Assembly (NCBI GenBank): GCA_013239625.1
Contig: MU053588.1
Coordinates: 211,988-275,987, forward strand
DNA length: 64,000 bases
Origin: Lama guanicoe
Taxonomy: Eukaryota
Direction of reading: 5' to 3'
The notes beneath the pieces are model-generated. The model was not told where the DNA came from, did not search any database, and saw nothing but the letters and a program-made list of their open reading frames with translations. A program made the translations under genes and the position numbers. Of this stretch, positions 13,100 to 26,153 are shown piece after piece (the stretch's first letter is position 1; every line of letters begins with the position of its first letter).

Positions 13100-13466
13100 A
13101 AATAACTAAAAAACCAGAACTCATAAATACAGAATACAGCTGGGTGGTTGCCAGAGGCAGGGTGTGGGGGTTGGGCAAAATGGGTGAAGGCAGTCAAAAG
13201 GTACACATTTCTGAAATAAAATGTCATGAGAATATAATATATAGCATGGTAGCTATAATTAATAATAGTGTATTGCATATTTAAAAATTGCTAAGAGAGT
13301 AGACCTTAAAAGTTCTCATAACAAGAAAAAAAATTGTTGTCTGTACGGTATTGGATGTTAGCTAGACTTATGGTAGTGATCATTTTGCAACATACACAAA
13401 TATCAAATCATTACATCGTATACCTGAAACTAATGCAATAAGTCAATTATACCTCAATTAAAAAAA
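13100..13466 (+). mobile_element. L1 3' end (L1MA-like)
   Basis: GGTTGCCAGAGG...TTGCTAAGAGAGTAGACCTTAAAAGTTCTCA...TATACCTCAATTAAAAAAA. Confidence 0.85.
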
Positions 13467-13869
13467 TAATGTACATAATAGTTTACAAAACAAATCACAT
13501 ACATGATTCTCACTTTGAAGTCATGAGGGCAATTAGTGGTTCACCATGAAATATTTATTTTGATAATAACATAACATTGGTAAATGTATATTTATTATAA
13601 AAATTACAAAATAGGTAAAATCATGAGTGCATTGAAATAATTACATATTAAAGTAGATGTAAGCTATTTCAGAATTTGTATTGCTTTGTTATTAAGATAC
13701 CATTACAAAATATGAGCCCTTTTTGTCATCTAATAGGATTCCTTTGTAAGGAAGTAGAAATAGTATTGAGAAAATGGACTGGGAAGAAAAATAAACTTGG
13801 AAAATTATATTAATTTATTTCCTAGCAATTAAAAAAGGCTCACGTGCTGATTATTTCCATGTCATTGTT

Positions 13870-14373
13870 TCAGCTTCAAGCATGCCTTTCTCTATTCTGT
13901 GATGCTAGGACTGGAACTCTGACAAAGACTTTTCCCTTGCTAGCTGGCTTCCTGTTATAGTTGGCCAATGGAGGCATTAAAGGGATTTGAGGAGGCAGAA
14001 AGGGAGAAGGAACTTGCTTCCTATTTTCCAGTTCTTTCAGTATCTCTCTGGCAGTATCTAGATACATCTAGCATATCTCTAGCAGTATTTCCTCACGTGC
14101 CTGCAGAGTCCTTCTGCTTTCCGAGCACCAAACTACCAAGCCTAGTTAACAGCCAGGCTGTGACGCCTCCTCAGAGCTTTCAGGTTCTAGTAAATCCATC
14201 TCTTCCCCTTTGCTTTCCACGCTCTAGGGTGTTGGCTGCTTCCTGAAATTACAAATCTCTCCCCTTTTTGCTCTTTTAGTCCTTCAAAATTGTGTAATCC
14301 ATTTCCTGTAATTAAATCTTCAGCTTGAAATTCCCAGTGTAGTTCTGCTTTCTTGACTAGACCTTGATGGACA
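13870..14373 (+). mobile_element. ERVL-class LTR (LTR33-like)
   Basis: CCAATGGAGGCA...GGAGGCAGAAAGGGAGAAG and 3' end ATTAAATC..TGAAATTCCCAGTGTAGTTCTGCTTTCTTGACTAGACCTTGATGGACA. Confidence 0.55.
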
Positions 14374-15132
14374 GAGTCTGTGACAATTTGTTTTAGCCGT
14401 ACAACCACTTACTTAGTTGGCATACTTTGAAGACCATTGTCCTACTCTACTGGAGGTGACTAGACTCAAACCAGTGTTGGACTTGGTGGTATGAGACAAG
14501 AAAAATAAAGGACAAAAAGTCTTCTTATGATCAAATACTGATATATGAAGAGATAGTTATACACATACAGTTTCTCTGAAGGTATACCTTCCCAGTCAAT
14601 TATGGAGTATCTTAAATTTCTAGCACTTTATTATGAAACATCCAAGATGATCTCTAACCTGCGTGATAGTTAAGTCCAGGGAAGAGCTGTATGATGTATT
14701 TGTTAAGCACCAAACCACAATTATCATCCAAAGAACACTTAACTGATACATTTCCCCATTAAAGCAACTCAACTATTAAATTTTTAGACCCTTGAAAAAT
14801 AATTGTTTGTATTAAATGTTTGTAGACCCTTGAAAAATAATTGCTTGCTTTCTTCTGAATGTAACAATGCCCAATTTCACAGAGGAAACCTCAAATCACT
14901 TCAGCCCTTGTAGCCAGACTCCCTTTGTCCAAGACTCTCTAGCCTTAGCTATCTGAGGGCTCTTTCTGGGGAGAGGACTGGAGGGATTACTCTCCAAGGA
15001 TGGGTTCTTATTTCAGGAACTTCCTTTTGCTTCCACGTACCCCTCCTTACTGAGATCTTGACTTAGGTGCACCTTCCAGATCTTCCAAGGTCTGGGGGTA
15101 GCGAAGAATGTTGACTTGTTTGGAACTTTCAC

Positions 15133-15608
15133 TGACAAAGACTCTCTCCTTGACCAAACTTTAGTCAAACTCCTCTGAACCCACTTCTCAACTAGGCTTC
15201 ATCCTTGGGCTTCAGTGTTTGTCTTTGCATCACTCAGTTTTAGCAAGAATTCTGTCAGTCAGTTTAGCCAGAGTTCTTGATATATGATCACTTTCAATAT
15301 CTAATTAAAGTCCTCATCCACCCGCATGATATCTGATCACTCTGGCCTGCCCTCAGCAAGAATCCTGTTGGTCAGTCTTGCAAGAATTTCTCCCTACCCT
15401 TGATGTCTCCTCTTTGTAGTTTTCCATTCACCAAGCACCCTCCAGCCCCAACTTGTTCCTTGCCTGTAAATCCCCGTTTGTTCTTGTTATGTTTAGAATT
15501 GAGCCTAGTTCTACACTGAAGTCTATTTTCCTGTATTGTGATAGTTCAATTAAAAAAAAATTTTTTTTAACCCCTTCAATTACTGTTCAGCTCTGGTTTA
15601 CTTTAACA
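15133..15608 (+). mobile_element. Solo ERV1 LTR, MER31-like
   Basis: Begins TGACAAAGACTCTCTCCTTGACCAAACTTTAGTC and ends CTTTAACA. Flanks TCAC/TCAA resemble a 4-bp TSD with one mismatch. Confidence 0.8.
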
Positions 15609-16061
15609 TCAATCAGGGGTTCTTGTCCTCCTGACTGGACAGTTTTCTTAAAGCTGGGCCCTAATTAAAGTTACAAAGTGAAAAGTTGGAAACAGCAACA
15701 AAAGAAACCCCAGAACTATGGGCTATATTGTAAATGGCTTTGGTGCAAATGAGCATCTTCCTGCAACTGGAATCTAATTACCCTTCTTGCCCCTAATGTG
15801 AATTAGGGGCAAGTAGAGAAGGGATATAAAAATAAGGATAACACTGACCCCGCGCCTGGCTGGGGATCAGGGGTGGGGTGGGGGTGGGAGAACAGTTAGG
15901 CCTGGAGATGGGTACACACACAGACGCACAATGACTCTTCTCCTACAGACTCAACCCCAAATAAAGCAAGCCCAGAAACGCCCGTTATGGGAAAACTGCG
16001 ATGTCTGGGATAAGAACACAATTACAGAAACGTCATGCCCAAAGTCAGCCACAGTCCTTCT

Positions 16062-16095
16062 TGCACGCGCGCGCGCGCGCACACACACACACACA
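16062..16095. repeat. (CG)7(CA)n alternating purine-pyrimidine tract
   Basis: TGCACGCGCGCGCGCGCGCACACACACACACACA, read directly. Confidence 0.95.
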
Positions 16096-16339
16096 ATCGC
16101 TCTCACATTCTCGGCGTGAAAGACCCACAGTGTGTAACACAACGACCCACAATCACGGGGCGTGATTTAAAATAGAGGCAAAAATTAAATAAAATACAGA
16201 GCCTCATGACATTGACAGAACCCGTTGCCCGGTGATGCGCAAGCACAAACGTGTGCAGCGACAGTTACACACAAATCGCCACACCTGAGCATTCAATACC
16301 AGCCACAGACGCGCGCATCTTCATTGTTCCCTCACACCT

Positions 16340-16800
16340 AGCCGCGCAGGGTCACTTGAGTGGCCGAGATCGCCCAGGGTCTCACACATCTCCCCGGGTA
16401 CCCGCTCCTGCGGCCGCGGCCGCCTCTGGCGCAGGCGCGAGGTCGAGGTGTGCCTCGGGGCCCTCTGGGAACTGTAGTTCATTCAAGGAAAGACGGCCGA
16501 GGCGCAAAGCGTTCTGGGGCTCGGGGTCCGCCGAGCTCGGCCAGCTGCTTGCATCTGGATGTTTCCCCAGCCGAGGGCGGGGTCCCGCGCGACTCAGTCC
16601 CCGCCCCGCTCCGCCCCGCGGGGGATTCTGGGAGGCGACGTCGTGGGTCTCGGGTCGTTGGGCGGGTTTCCAGAGCCTGCGGCGGCGCGGGGAGGTGAGC
16701 TGGGCCTGGCTGCGCGCGAGAGCCGGGGGTCAGGGCCGGGCTTGGGGTGAACCGGCGGGGACCGGGATGGGAACCAGACAGGCGCCGCCGGGGAGACTGT
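16340..16800 (+). promoter_or_regulatory. ZNF527: CpG-island promoter and non-coding exon 1 of ZNF527 (donor after 16694)
   Basis: Very high GC and CpG content, GC boxes (GGGCGGGG at 16575-16582), donor GAG|GTGAGC at 16692-16700, followed by a TG-rich intron start. Confidence 0.85.
16456..16478 (-). promoter_or_regulatory. ZNF143/THAP11-type ACTAYRNNNCCCR (SBS) promoter motif
   Basis: Reverse complement is ACTACAGTTCCCAGAGGGCCCCG. Confidence 0.75.
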
Positions 16801-18584
16801 GTCACTGCGTCTATCTATGTGAGAGGCTGCGGGTGTGACAGCGTGTGAGCTTCTGTGTCACCGTGTGTACGCGCGACTGTGACCGTCTGTCTCCGGTGTA
16901 AAACTCTTTTGAGTACATGTGTATTTGGGTGTGACTGTCTCCGCAGGTATAACTGTGTTATGGTGTGTGGGTTTGTGAGAGACTGCGGGTGTGACATTAC
17001 CTGTGTGTGATTTTGTTTGACCACTTGTCTCTGGATATAACGGCGTTTGAATGTGTGTGACAGAAAGTGTGATTATGTGCCCATGACCATCTCTCCAGGT
17101 ATCATTTTGTATGAGTAATTGTGACAGGATATGTGATCTTGTGTGGTATGTCACTGTGTATGAAATTGTGTGTGACTGTGTCTGTTAGAGTAATTGTGTA
17201 TCGTCATCTCTACTTTTGTTTTAATGTCACTGTCTTTGTATGTGACATTACAGTTGCGATTGTGTGTCCATATATATGTGTGTGATTGGGTGTGAATTTG
17301 TATGCGTATGTGAGACCTAGTGTGTGGTTGTGAGGCACAGAAAGATCAACATTACTCACCCACATTCACAGTTACTGAGTGACAGAACTGGGACTTAAGC
17401 CCAGGCTATTTGGCTCCAGAGATCCTTGCTTTTAATTACTAAACTCTCTTGATTTTTCCCACGTTGTGAGAGTGAAAAATGGGGGCCCTGGGTTCTAAGG
17501 GTATTGGAGAGGATTGTCCGTGGTCTTGGACTGGGAACCTTCTGGACATGGAATTTAATCTGGGTCTCTTCCTTTGGTCCCCTTGTGAGTCACAGAACCC
17601 AGTCTAAACACCCTGTAGTGAGACCATCCTCATATTGGCCGCCTTGGGAGGAGGAAAGCCTAACCTGAAAGCCCAGTATTCCTCTCCTTAGGCCGCGGAG
17701 TTTGAGATTTTAGGTTTGTTTTTGTTAAAACTCTTCATGCTTGGTGCAGAGAGAGGCTGATCCATGCCAAGTGAGCTAAGTTTTTGGTTCTGACTTTTCC
17801 AGTTAATTTTAAAAAAAACTTCTTATTTTCTTTTCAAATGTTGTGTAGAATTAACTGGGAACAAGGGTGGCACTTCTCTGGGCCAGGAGTTGGCTCAAGC
17901 AATCCTGACAGTGAGGAAAGAAAGATTCTGACAGTTGGATTGATTTGCCCAAGGTCATGTAGCCCATGAGGGAAGCATGGAGGGTCAGTGTGCATCTGGG
18001 GGAGGGAGGCAATATAAAGCCCAAGTCTTTTCCATCACCTTCCTTCAGAGATTGATGGTTCATCTCAAACTTGAAAATTATCACTCAAGTGATACACAGC
18101 TATTTTAAACAGAAATTTAAAAGATATTTCTGTTATGTAGAAGCTACTTGGGGTTCCCAGATGCTGAGAAGACTTCATTGATTCTCTTCTGGGGTTGCAA
18201 AGGCTTTTATGGACGGTTTCAAGCTGCGTTGCACTGACGAAATAATTTTCTTAGAGATTAAGCTGGCTAGTGCAGAGTAGCCCAGAATTAGGGGGTTGTA
18301 TATCTTAAATTCTAGATCAAATACAACTATCCTTCTTTTCAGAATGAAGAAATGTTGGCTGTAAGAAAGCAAGGAACTTATTTCAGGCTGTGCAGTTTAT
18401 TGTTGGTTTGGTATTGAAATTTGGCAATGTTTGCCTCAGGCTGAATTTCTGTGGAGTAATAAAGGTGACACGTGCCACTTCCAAAGATGCTTCTCTAAAA
18501 AATACATAGCATTGAATCCTCAGGTTATGTTGACTATTGCCCATGTGGACATTGTGGTCTCTTAAAAGAGGACCAGTTTTTGAG

Positions 18585-18750
18585 TCACACTGCAGTTTGA
18601 CTCTTACGGCTTTGAGTTAGCTGATTAAGCTTTTTGAACCTCAGTTTCACTTGTTGGTAAATGTAGATAATAATACCTACCTTGGCAGTTTTGTGAAGAT
18701 TAAGTAAGACAGTGACATATACAACATGTGTAGCATTGCTGTTTATATGA
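18585..18750 (+). mobile_element. MIR SINE remnant
   Basis: MIR core-like GAACCTCAGTTTC...GTAAATGTAGATAATAATACCTACCT...TTTGTGAAGATTAAG. Confidence 0.65.
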
Positions 18751-18769
18751 GAGGAGCCACAGTGAGATT

Positions 18770-20468
18770 TATTTATTTGTTTATCAAATATGTTTTGAGC
18801 ATCTGCAATGGTTCTGGCATTATTCTAGCACTAGAGATACACCAGTGAACCCAACAAGTCCTAGCTCTCTTAAATCTTATACTATTCTTTGGGAAGACAA
18901 CAGTAAACAGAAAAGAGAAGTTACATCTCCAGTGGTGTTAAATGCTAAGAAGAGAAGTAAATCAAGATAAGGAAAAATAGTAACTGAAAGGGAGGTTCTC
19001 TTTAGACAGAATAGGGAGGTCGCTCCAGCAGTTGAGTACAGATAAGAATGAAGAGCAGGAGTGTGCCGTGTGCAGGCAGAAGGCAAAGTCAAGGCAATGG
19101 TCTTCAAAAAGGAGTATGCGCAGTGTTTGAGGAACTGTACGGAGATCTGTGTGCCTGGAGTAGGGTGAGTAAGTGGGAGAGGAGTGGGAAATGAGGTCTA
19201 AGGGGCAGCTGGGGCTAGATCATACATTGTCTTGTTGGGCATAGGGTGGACTTTAGATTTTGTTGAGTCAGGCTGTGTGTCCTTAAGATCAGTCAGGACT
19301 TCAGGGGTTAAGTTCAGCTTTGGCCTTTTTTCCTCAGATCTGGAAGTGGATATGGTTGGTCCGTGTAAGGAGACTTGGGACCATAACGGGGCAAAAAACT
19401 CTTGTCAGTCTCAGATCAGCACCATGGGGCTGGCCTGCCATTTTCCTCTTCTTTAACTCTCCCTTTTCAGGACTCTGTTCTCCAAAAGAGAAAATTGAAG
19501 AAGGAAGGAAGAATGGCTGTTGGACTGTGTAAAGTCATGTCCCAGGTAAGTTGATGTTTTCCCTTTGTTTCCAGAAGTTTCACCTCATTTTTTTTTAACT
19601 TTGGGACCTCAGAGAGTCACAAATAGCCCAGTGAGCACTCTCTTCACTTCTCTCTTTCCACTATTTGTTCATATAATCCTTCTATAAAGTATTTAGTATC
19701 TTTTTTACTCAGTGTTTTGCTTAAATGTGTGATGAAACTGAACTTTCCTCTTTAGATGGATCAGGATTTGTTGTGTTGTAGATGTATGCAAGAGAAATAA
19801 AGGATAGAGTGTGACTATCAAGTGTCCTATTAAATAGAGAGGTCAAGGATGGCTTTTCTGAGGAAGTGACATTAAAGCAAAGGAAAACCTCAGTGAGAGT
19901 AGGGAGTACGCTTGTGGAGACCTGGGGAAGAACTTTAAAAGTAGAAGGACTAGCAAGTATAAAGTTACTATACTGGGAGCATGTTTGATGTGTTCCAGGA
20001 ATAGAAGTGAGCCAGTATCCTCAGAGGTTAGTGAGCACTGTGAGGTGAGAGCAGAAGCTAGGGACTAAATTATACAAGCCTTTGAAAGTCATGACCATAA
20101 TGTTGGATTTTGTTCTAAGGGTGAAGGAGAGCCACTGGACTGTTTGTGATGTGATTTGCTTTATGTTTTAATGGGAAAATAGATAGCAGGGGAGTAAGGG
20201 TGGAAGCAAGGAGGCCAATCAGGAGGCTACTGCAGTAATCCAGGTAGGAGGTGATAGCTGCCTGGCCTGTGGTGGTGGCATTGGAGCTGGTGAGATTCAG
20301 GGTGTATACTGGGGATAAAAAATATGGGATTTGATCAGGGATTGTTTGTGGAGTGTGAGAGGAAGAAAGAAATCATGGATGACTGCAAAGATTTTTGACC
20401 TGGGCAGCTGTGTAAATGGTCATGCCATTTACTGAGATGGGAAGACAGGGTGGGGTGAAATAAGAATC
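18770..20468 (-). mobile_element. L2 LINE remnants on both sides of ZNF527 exon 2 (exon excluded)
   Basis: TTTATCAAATATGTTTTGAGCATCTGC L2 tail-like start, GGAGGCTACTGCAGTAATCCAGG and GCCATTTACTGAGATGGGAAGAC. Confidence 0.6.
19513..19545 (+). CDS. ZNF527: ZNF527 first coding segment MAVGLCKVMSQ (exon 2 spans 19471-19545)
   Basis: Acceptor CCCTTTTCAG ends at 19470, ATG at 19513, phase-0 donor CAG|GTAAGT. Matches the recalled human ZNF527 N-terminus MAVGLCKAMSQ. Confidence 0.9.
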
Positions 20469-20483
20469 AAGAATTGAGTTCTA

Positions 20484-20894
20484 TTTGCAGCAACATGACT
20501 GGCCTAGAGATCATCATACTAAGTGAAGTAAGTCAGACAGAGGAAGACAAATGTATGATATCACTTATATGTGGAAGCTAAAATATGATACAAATGAACT
20601 TAGGTACCAAACAGAAACAGACTCACAGACATAGAAAACAATCTTATGGTTACCAAAGGGGAAAGGTGGGGGAAGGAATAAATTAGGAGTTTGGATTTAG
20701 CAGATACAAACTACTATGTGAAAAATAGATAAACAACAAGGACTTACTGTATAGCACAGGGAACAATATTCAATAGCCTGTAATAATCTATAATGAAAAA
20801 GAATATACAAATGTATGTATAACTGAGTCATTTTGCTGTATACCAGAAACTAACACAACATTGTAAATCAACTATATACTTCAATTAAAAAAAA
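20484..20894 (+). mobile_element. 5'-truncated L1 3' end (cetartiodactyl-type) with TSD
   Basis: GACTTACTGTATAGCACAGGGAAC... and an A tail. 15-bp TSD AAGAATTGAG(T/C)TCTA at 20469-20483 and 20895-20909. Confidence 0.9.
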
Positions 20895-21400
20895 AAGAAT
20901 TGAGCTCTAAATACAATGTTAGGACATGTGAGTTTTTCCAGATTTTTTATGTACCCTTTCAGTGAAAATTCTGTCTAAATCTCTTTACATATCCTTCATT
21001 ATTTCTTCAAGATACATCCCTGGAAGTTTTTTCTTACATATAAAGTCTAACTTTCAGACCAGACGCCTTTGTTAAAGCCCAGTTCAAGGCCTTCCTTCGC
21101 TACTGTGACCCATCTGTTACCCCAGTCTATGGAATATAAAGAAATTCTCCCTGTAAGAATGTCTTGATACTTCAGATATGTAACACAAAACCTAGCATTT
21201 GCTCACATACGTTCATATTATAAACTCATGTTTCATGCTAGAAGCTATTTTTTTTCCTGCGTATCTATCTTTTCTCTTTTACAAAAATGTGGTCATTTCA
21301 AGGGGTGAGTCTGTTTCTAATATTTCTCATTCTCTCAAAATATTTGAGAAACCTAGGCACAGACTTGTTTCCCAATAATTATTTCCCTCTGACCACTTAG

Positions 21401-21640
<240 letters not shown>

Positions 21641-21809
21641 TAATTCACATCTCCCCTATGGGGTGTTTTTACTTCCTCCACTGGGAATATCGAGGGTATC
21701 TTAAATGCTTAGCTAGATTTCTGCTTTTTGTTCCCAGAAAGTTATTTGAAGCAGTTTCACAGAGTTATAATTGAGTAGTTCCCTTTGCTGTAGAATGATG
21801 GTTTGAGAA

Positions 21810-22070
21810 AGCAGCATCAGTATGGCTTGAGAATTTTTTAAATGGCAAATTATGAGATCCCACACTAGACCTACAGAATCAGAAATTCTGGGAACAGGCT
21901 CAGTAGGCTGGGTTTTAATGAGCCCTTCAGATGGTTCTGATGCCCATTAAACTTTGAGAGCCATTGTGGTTTCTGATTCAGTAGGTCTGGGTTGGGGCAG
22001 CCTAAAAATTTACATTTCTAATTAATTCCTAGGTGATGGTTCTCCTGCTCTAGTACTTTGAGAACTTCTG
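21810..22070. mobile_element. MER5-like hAT MITE fragments
   Basis: AGACCTACAGAATCAGAAATTCTGGG and an inverted piece TTCTGATTCAGTAGGTCTGGG. Confidence 0.7.
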
Positions 22071-22254
22071 CTGTGAAAGAAGCTTCATCTTTCTCATCCT
22101 CCATTCAAGCATCATTCCATTCTCAGGCCCTTCCTCTAATGTCCTTTCTTGCCTGATGGCCAAGAGATTGAGTCTTGAGTTCTGGAACAGCAGTAGCAAG
22201 ATGATGTGTCTATCTGTCTGTCTTTTGTTTGCTCTCATTTTTCTTTTCCTGTAA

Positions 22255-22359
<105 letters not shown>

Positions 22360-22891
22360 TGACGGGGAACCGGGCGGGGAGGGCTGCTGTACGGTGCCAG
22401 CCCAGCTGGTCATGAGAAGGCTGCCCTGGGCGTCAGGGTGTCTTTTCCTCTCTATTTCTATCAAGTTATACTCTCAAGAATACTTCTGCCTATACCCTGA
22501 ATCTCATTCCTTCTCAGTTCTTCTTTCCCCTTTATGAGCAGAATTGTATACATTTCTAGAGTTCTTTTCAGAGTTTTTATTTTTATCAAAGTTATTATTG
22601 AAGTTATGTAGGCACATTGGTTGAAGAGACAAGTAGTCTTACAAGGGTTACTCTCACAAGGGTTGCTCCCTTAAAAAACGCAGTCTCTCGCCCTGCTTCC
22701 CAGTTTCCCTCTCCCTAGAGGGATCCACTTTCTTCACTTTTGTAGTTTTTTTTTGGTGTTTTCTTCATGTCTCTAACAAATATGTGATGTTGCTATTTCT
22801 TGACTTTTTTTCGGATTTAGTCCTCATCCAGTATCTTCTAAGAAAATAAGAATTTAGTACTTTCTTATCCTGAATCCAACACATGCTTGTA

Positions 22892-22923
<32 letters not shown>

Positions 22924-24546
22924 ACACTTTGCCATCTCCCTATCTGTCCAGTATCATAATTTTGATTGAATCATCGTTTACATTATTATGGCTATTAAGT
23001 GCTAGTCATAGCCGTGCTGTGCATGTACCAGGATTACTTTTTCTGTCAACTTTATATTTTTCCTGGCATTAATGATTTTCTGGATTTTTTTTCCTGTTTG
23101 TTTTTCCCCCTTAGTTTTTTATATACATGTTCCTAACTCAGTTCTCAGCTCCCCATCTAAATTATCTAAATCTCTTAAAACACTCAGACACATTAGGTTA
23201 TCTATTGATTTTATCTTCTTAGAGAAATCTCTCCCAGAGTCTTCAGATATGCTTCACTCTAACAGATGGCTCATTACATTTTCTTGCATTCTATTTGGGT
23301 TTATCTGATGTTTTCTCATGATTAGATGGAGGTAATGCATTTGTGAAGAGTGCTGCAGGAATAATGTGTCCCTCTCGGTGAGTGCATCATACTAAAGGAG
23401 TCATAATATTGATGTGTCTTGTTATCAAAGATGTTAATTTTCATCACTTGATGAAAGTGGTGTCTGCTTGGTTTCTCCATTGTAAAGTTACAGTTTTTCT
23501 ATTTATTATTAATAAATATTTGGAGGAAACACTTTGAGATTACTCAATTTCTTCTGGAACTTTTGCCCACTGATTTTAGCATCCATTGGCCCATTGGATC
23601 TTGTCTGCTACAATTAATGCTGTGATATTGGCCTGACATTGATACTTTTGTTTCCTTCTTTTCTTTACACATATTAACTAGGATTATTTGGTTGGGAAGA
23701 GCTGTTCCATCTCTCCCCTTTGTTTATATTTTGAATCATTTCTTCATATATATGGAATGATGGATTTTTCTTCTATGAAGTAGAACTACTGAATCATTAT
23801 TTTGTTGCTCAAGTTGTTTCAGCTTTGACCATTGGGATCTCCTTCAAGTTCATTCCTGTGATCTTTTAACATGCCCCCATCCATTTTTTTGAGCACTGCC
23901 TTCCTCTATGGTTCCAGGTGTTCCAAGTTCATCTTGTTTTTCTTGTTCCATCCTTGAATCAACCACTTCTCCAAGGAGCCGTTTTTATTGGGAAATGCTA
24001 TTTAGAAGCCAAGGTCTGGGTGATCGGTGTGCTCATTGCTACTTGGATGTCATTTCTTCTAGGCCCTCCTGGCAGATGGAGGTGGGAAATATATGTATAT
24101 ATACCAACACACAAGAACAGACATACACTTCTATATTTACTTCTGCTTCATTTTTTAATATATTAAAATTTTCAGTGTATATTGACACCTTGATTCTAGT
24201 CCTGCTCCACAGGGTTTATCGTAGCCTTCGTCCTTTACTTATTTGTTATTTCTTTGTCTGACAGTGAGAAGCGATGTATTTAATTTTTTGCTCAATTTAA
24301 ATATACATATAAAGTAGTTTCAGAATTTCTAACCTCTTCCTCTGTGAGAAACAAATTTACTATCTATATTACATTATTTGTATGTGGATATAAGTATTTT
24401 TTTAGTCTTAAGGATTCAGTTAAAAACTATTTTCCAAAGTGATTTAAGTTAGTTCTTCTAGGTTCATTTGTTACTATTGATTTCTGCCTCATCCTGGTTG
24501 GTTTTTATTGTTTTGCATTTATTTTTTTAGTATCTGAAACATTACT

Positions 24547-25670
24547 ATTACCAAACTCAGCTTTGGCGCCTCACCACTCAAAAGCCAGTACTCGTGAGGC
24601 AAGTGTTGGTGGAAAGGAAAGGTTGCTTTAATCAGAAGACTGGCAACCTGGGGAGAAGGTGGACTCGTGTCCCCGAAACCAACTTTCAAGATTCTGCTCA
24701 GCCATGACAGTTTTTAAAGGGAAAAAAAGGGGAAGTAATCTCAGTTAATCATTGAGGCAGGAGGTTAGGTTCTGCATCATTTTCCATTGTGTGTAGACTG
24801 GTTGACTTCACATGATCTTTTTTTCTGATGTTATCTTGTCCACATGGTCTGCCTACAGGACTGTTAAGGGGGCTGCTGGGGATAGAGAGCTTTAACTACT
24901 TAATTCTTAATTCTTTAACTACTTAATTCTTTGTTCCTATTTCTTTAATCTAGAAACAGAATCAACAGGTTAGGCAAGGCATTGTTTGCATTCAGTAGAG
25001 CATGTCAGGAGTTAGGTTAAATATTACCTAGGGATCTCATTTTTATAATTAAGGTTTCAGGGGAATGGAAGTAGGCAAACAGGAAAGGGCAAAAAGAACT
25101 GCTTATAAACCCCCACTTGTCAGACATCATTCCATTTCTGTGGGATTAGGGCAGGAGGTCTGTCTTCTGTAACTTCTTCATGCTGACATAGGGCACCATA
25201 TTCTCAGAGTGGAAGATGTTGACATGGGTCTGTAACATCTCATTACTGGCAACTTTAGTTGCCTACTTATATATATGGGCAAAGCAAGCTACAATTATTT
25301 TGATGCCCACAAAAATACATTTCCTTATGAGCAACAGCATTAATCCCATTCTCTTGAGGCCATTTCCTGGAATTGTGCTGGCAGTAGATTCAGCACTGCT
25401 CAAGATGGAGCAGCTGATGTCATGGCTGCAGCCTGGTCATCATGCAGTTAGTTTTTTCCCTCTGGTGGCAGTTATAAAATCTGTACAACAACTCAGGAAT
25501 GTACATTAGACACTGAAAGATTCTGTGACTCTATTGTCCTGTCAAGCAAGACTTGATCTTGCTCTTTAGTGACTCAGGGAGGCTTGGGAAACTTCAGCTT
25601 TTCTACTAACAAGAGGCAGGGGACATGGAGAGGCCTTTGTCCTTGGGGGAAGGGCCTGCTCGGTCTTATA
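24547..25670 (-). mobile_element. ERV1-type LTR inserted in an older L1
   Basis: LTR U5/R-like start TTACCAAACTCAGC...GGAAAGGAAAGGTTGCTTTAATCAG...GGGGAGAAGGTGGACTC with a composition shift against the L1 flanks. Confidence 0.55.
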
Positions 25671-25979
25671 AACTAGGTTCCTAAGAATCAGGTCTTTACA
25701 AGAATACAGCCTCAGAAAAGTGTTGCTCCCTCCTCATCCCTCCTGTCCTGTCTCTGTTCCCTACTCCTTCCTGCCCCTTCCTTACCTACCCCTTGTAGAT
25801 TACCAATCTCTTTATTTTCAGGTTTGTCCTTTTTATGTTTCTTTTGCACAAGTGAACAAATACATATGTAGTTTCTTGTATTTCTTTATATGCTACATGA
25901 AGAGTAGTATGCCATGGATACTCTTTGCATTTTGCTCTTTTCATACACACACACACACACACACACACACGTATATGTA

Positions 25980-26153
25980 CAGTTGTCCCTTGAGCAACAC
26001 AGTTTGAACTTTAAGGGTTCACTTATATGCAAATTTTTAAAAATAAATAGTACAGGAGCCGAAGTTTGTGGACCCGTGGGTGCTGAACCCCAGATACAGA
26101 GGGCTGATTATAAAGTTAGACCCCTGACCCCTGAGTTGTTCAAGGGTCAGCTG
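25980..26153. mobile_element. Tigger2/MER8-like Tc1-mariner MITE
   Basis: Terminal inverted repeats CAGTTGTCCCTTGAGCAAC and GTTGTTCAAGGGTCAGCTG; TA on the left flank. Confidence 0.85.

Noticed and set aside
16251..16838. 195-aa and overlapping ORFs in the CpG island (likewise 7168-7724)
   Set aside because: GC-rich sequence lacks stops by chance. The products are low-complexity with no recognisable domain.
22892..22927. (CA)n and (TA)n microsatellites (also near 25945, 50470 and 55165)
   Set aside because: Ordinary simple repeats within or beside old L1 sequence.
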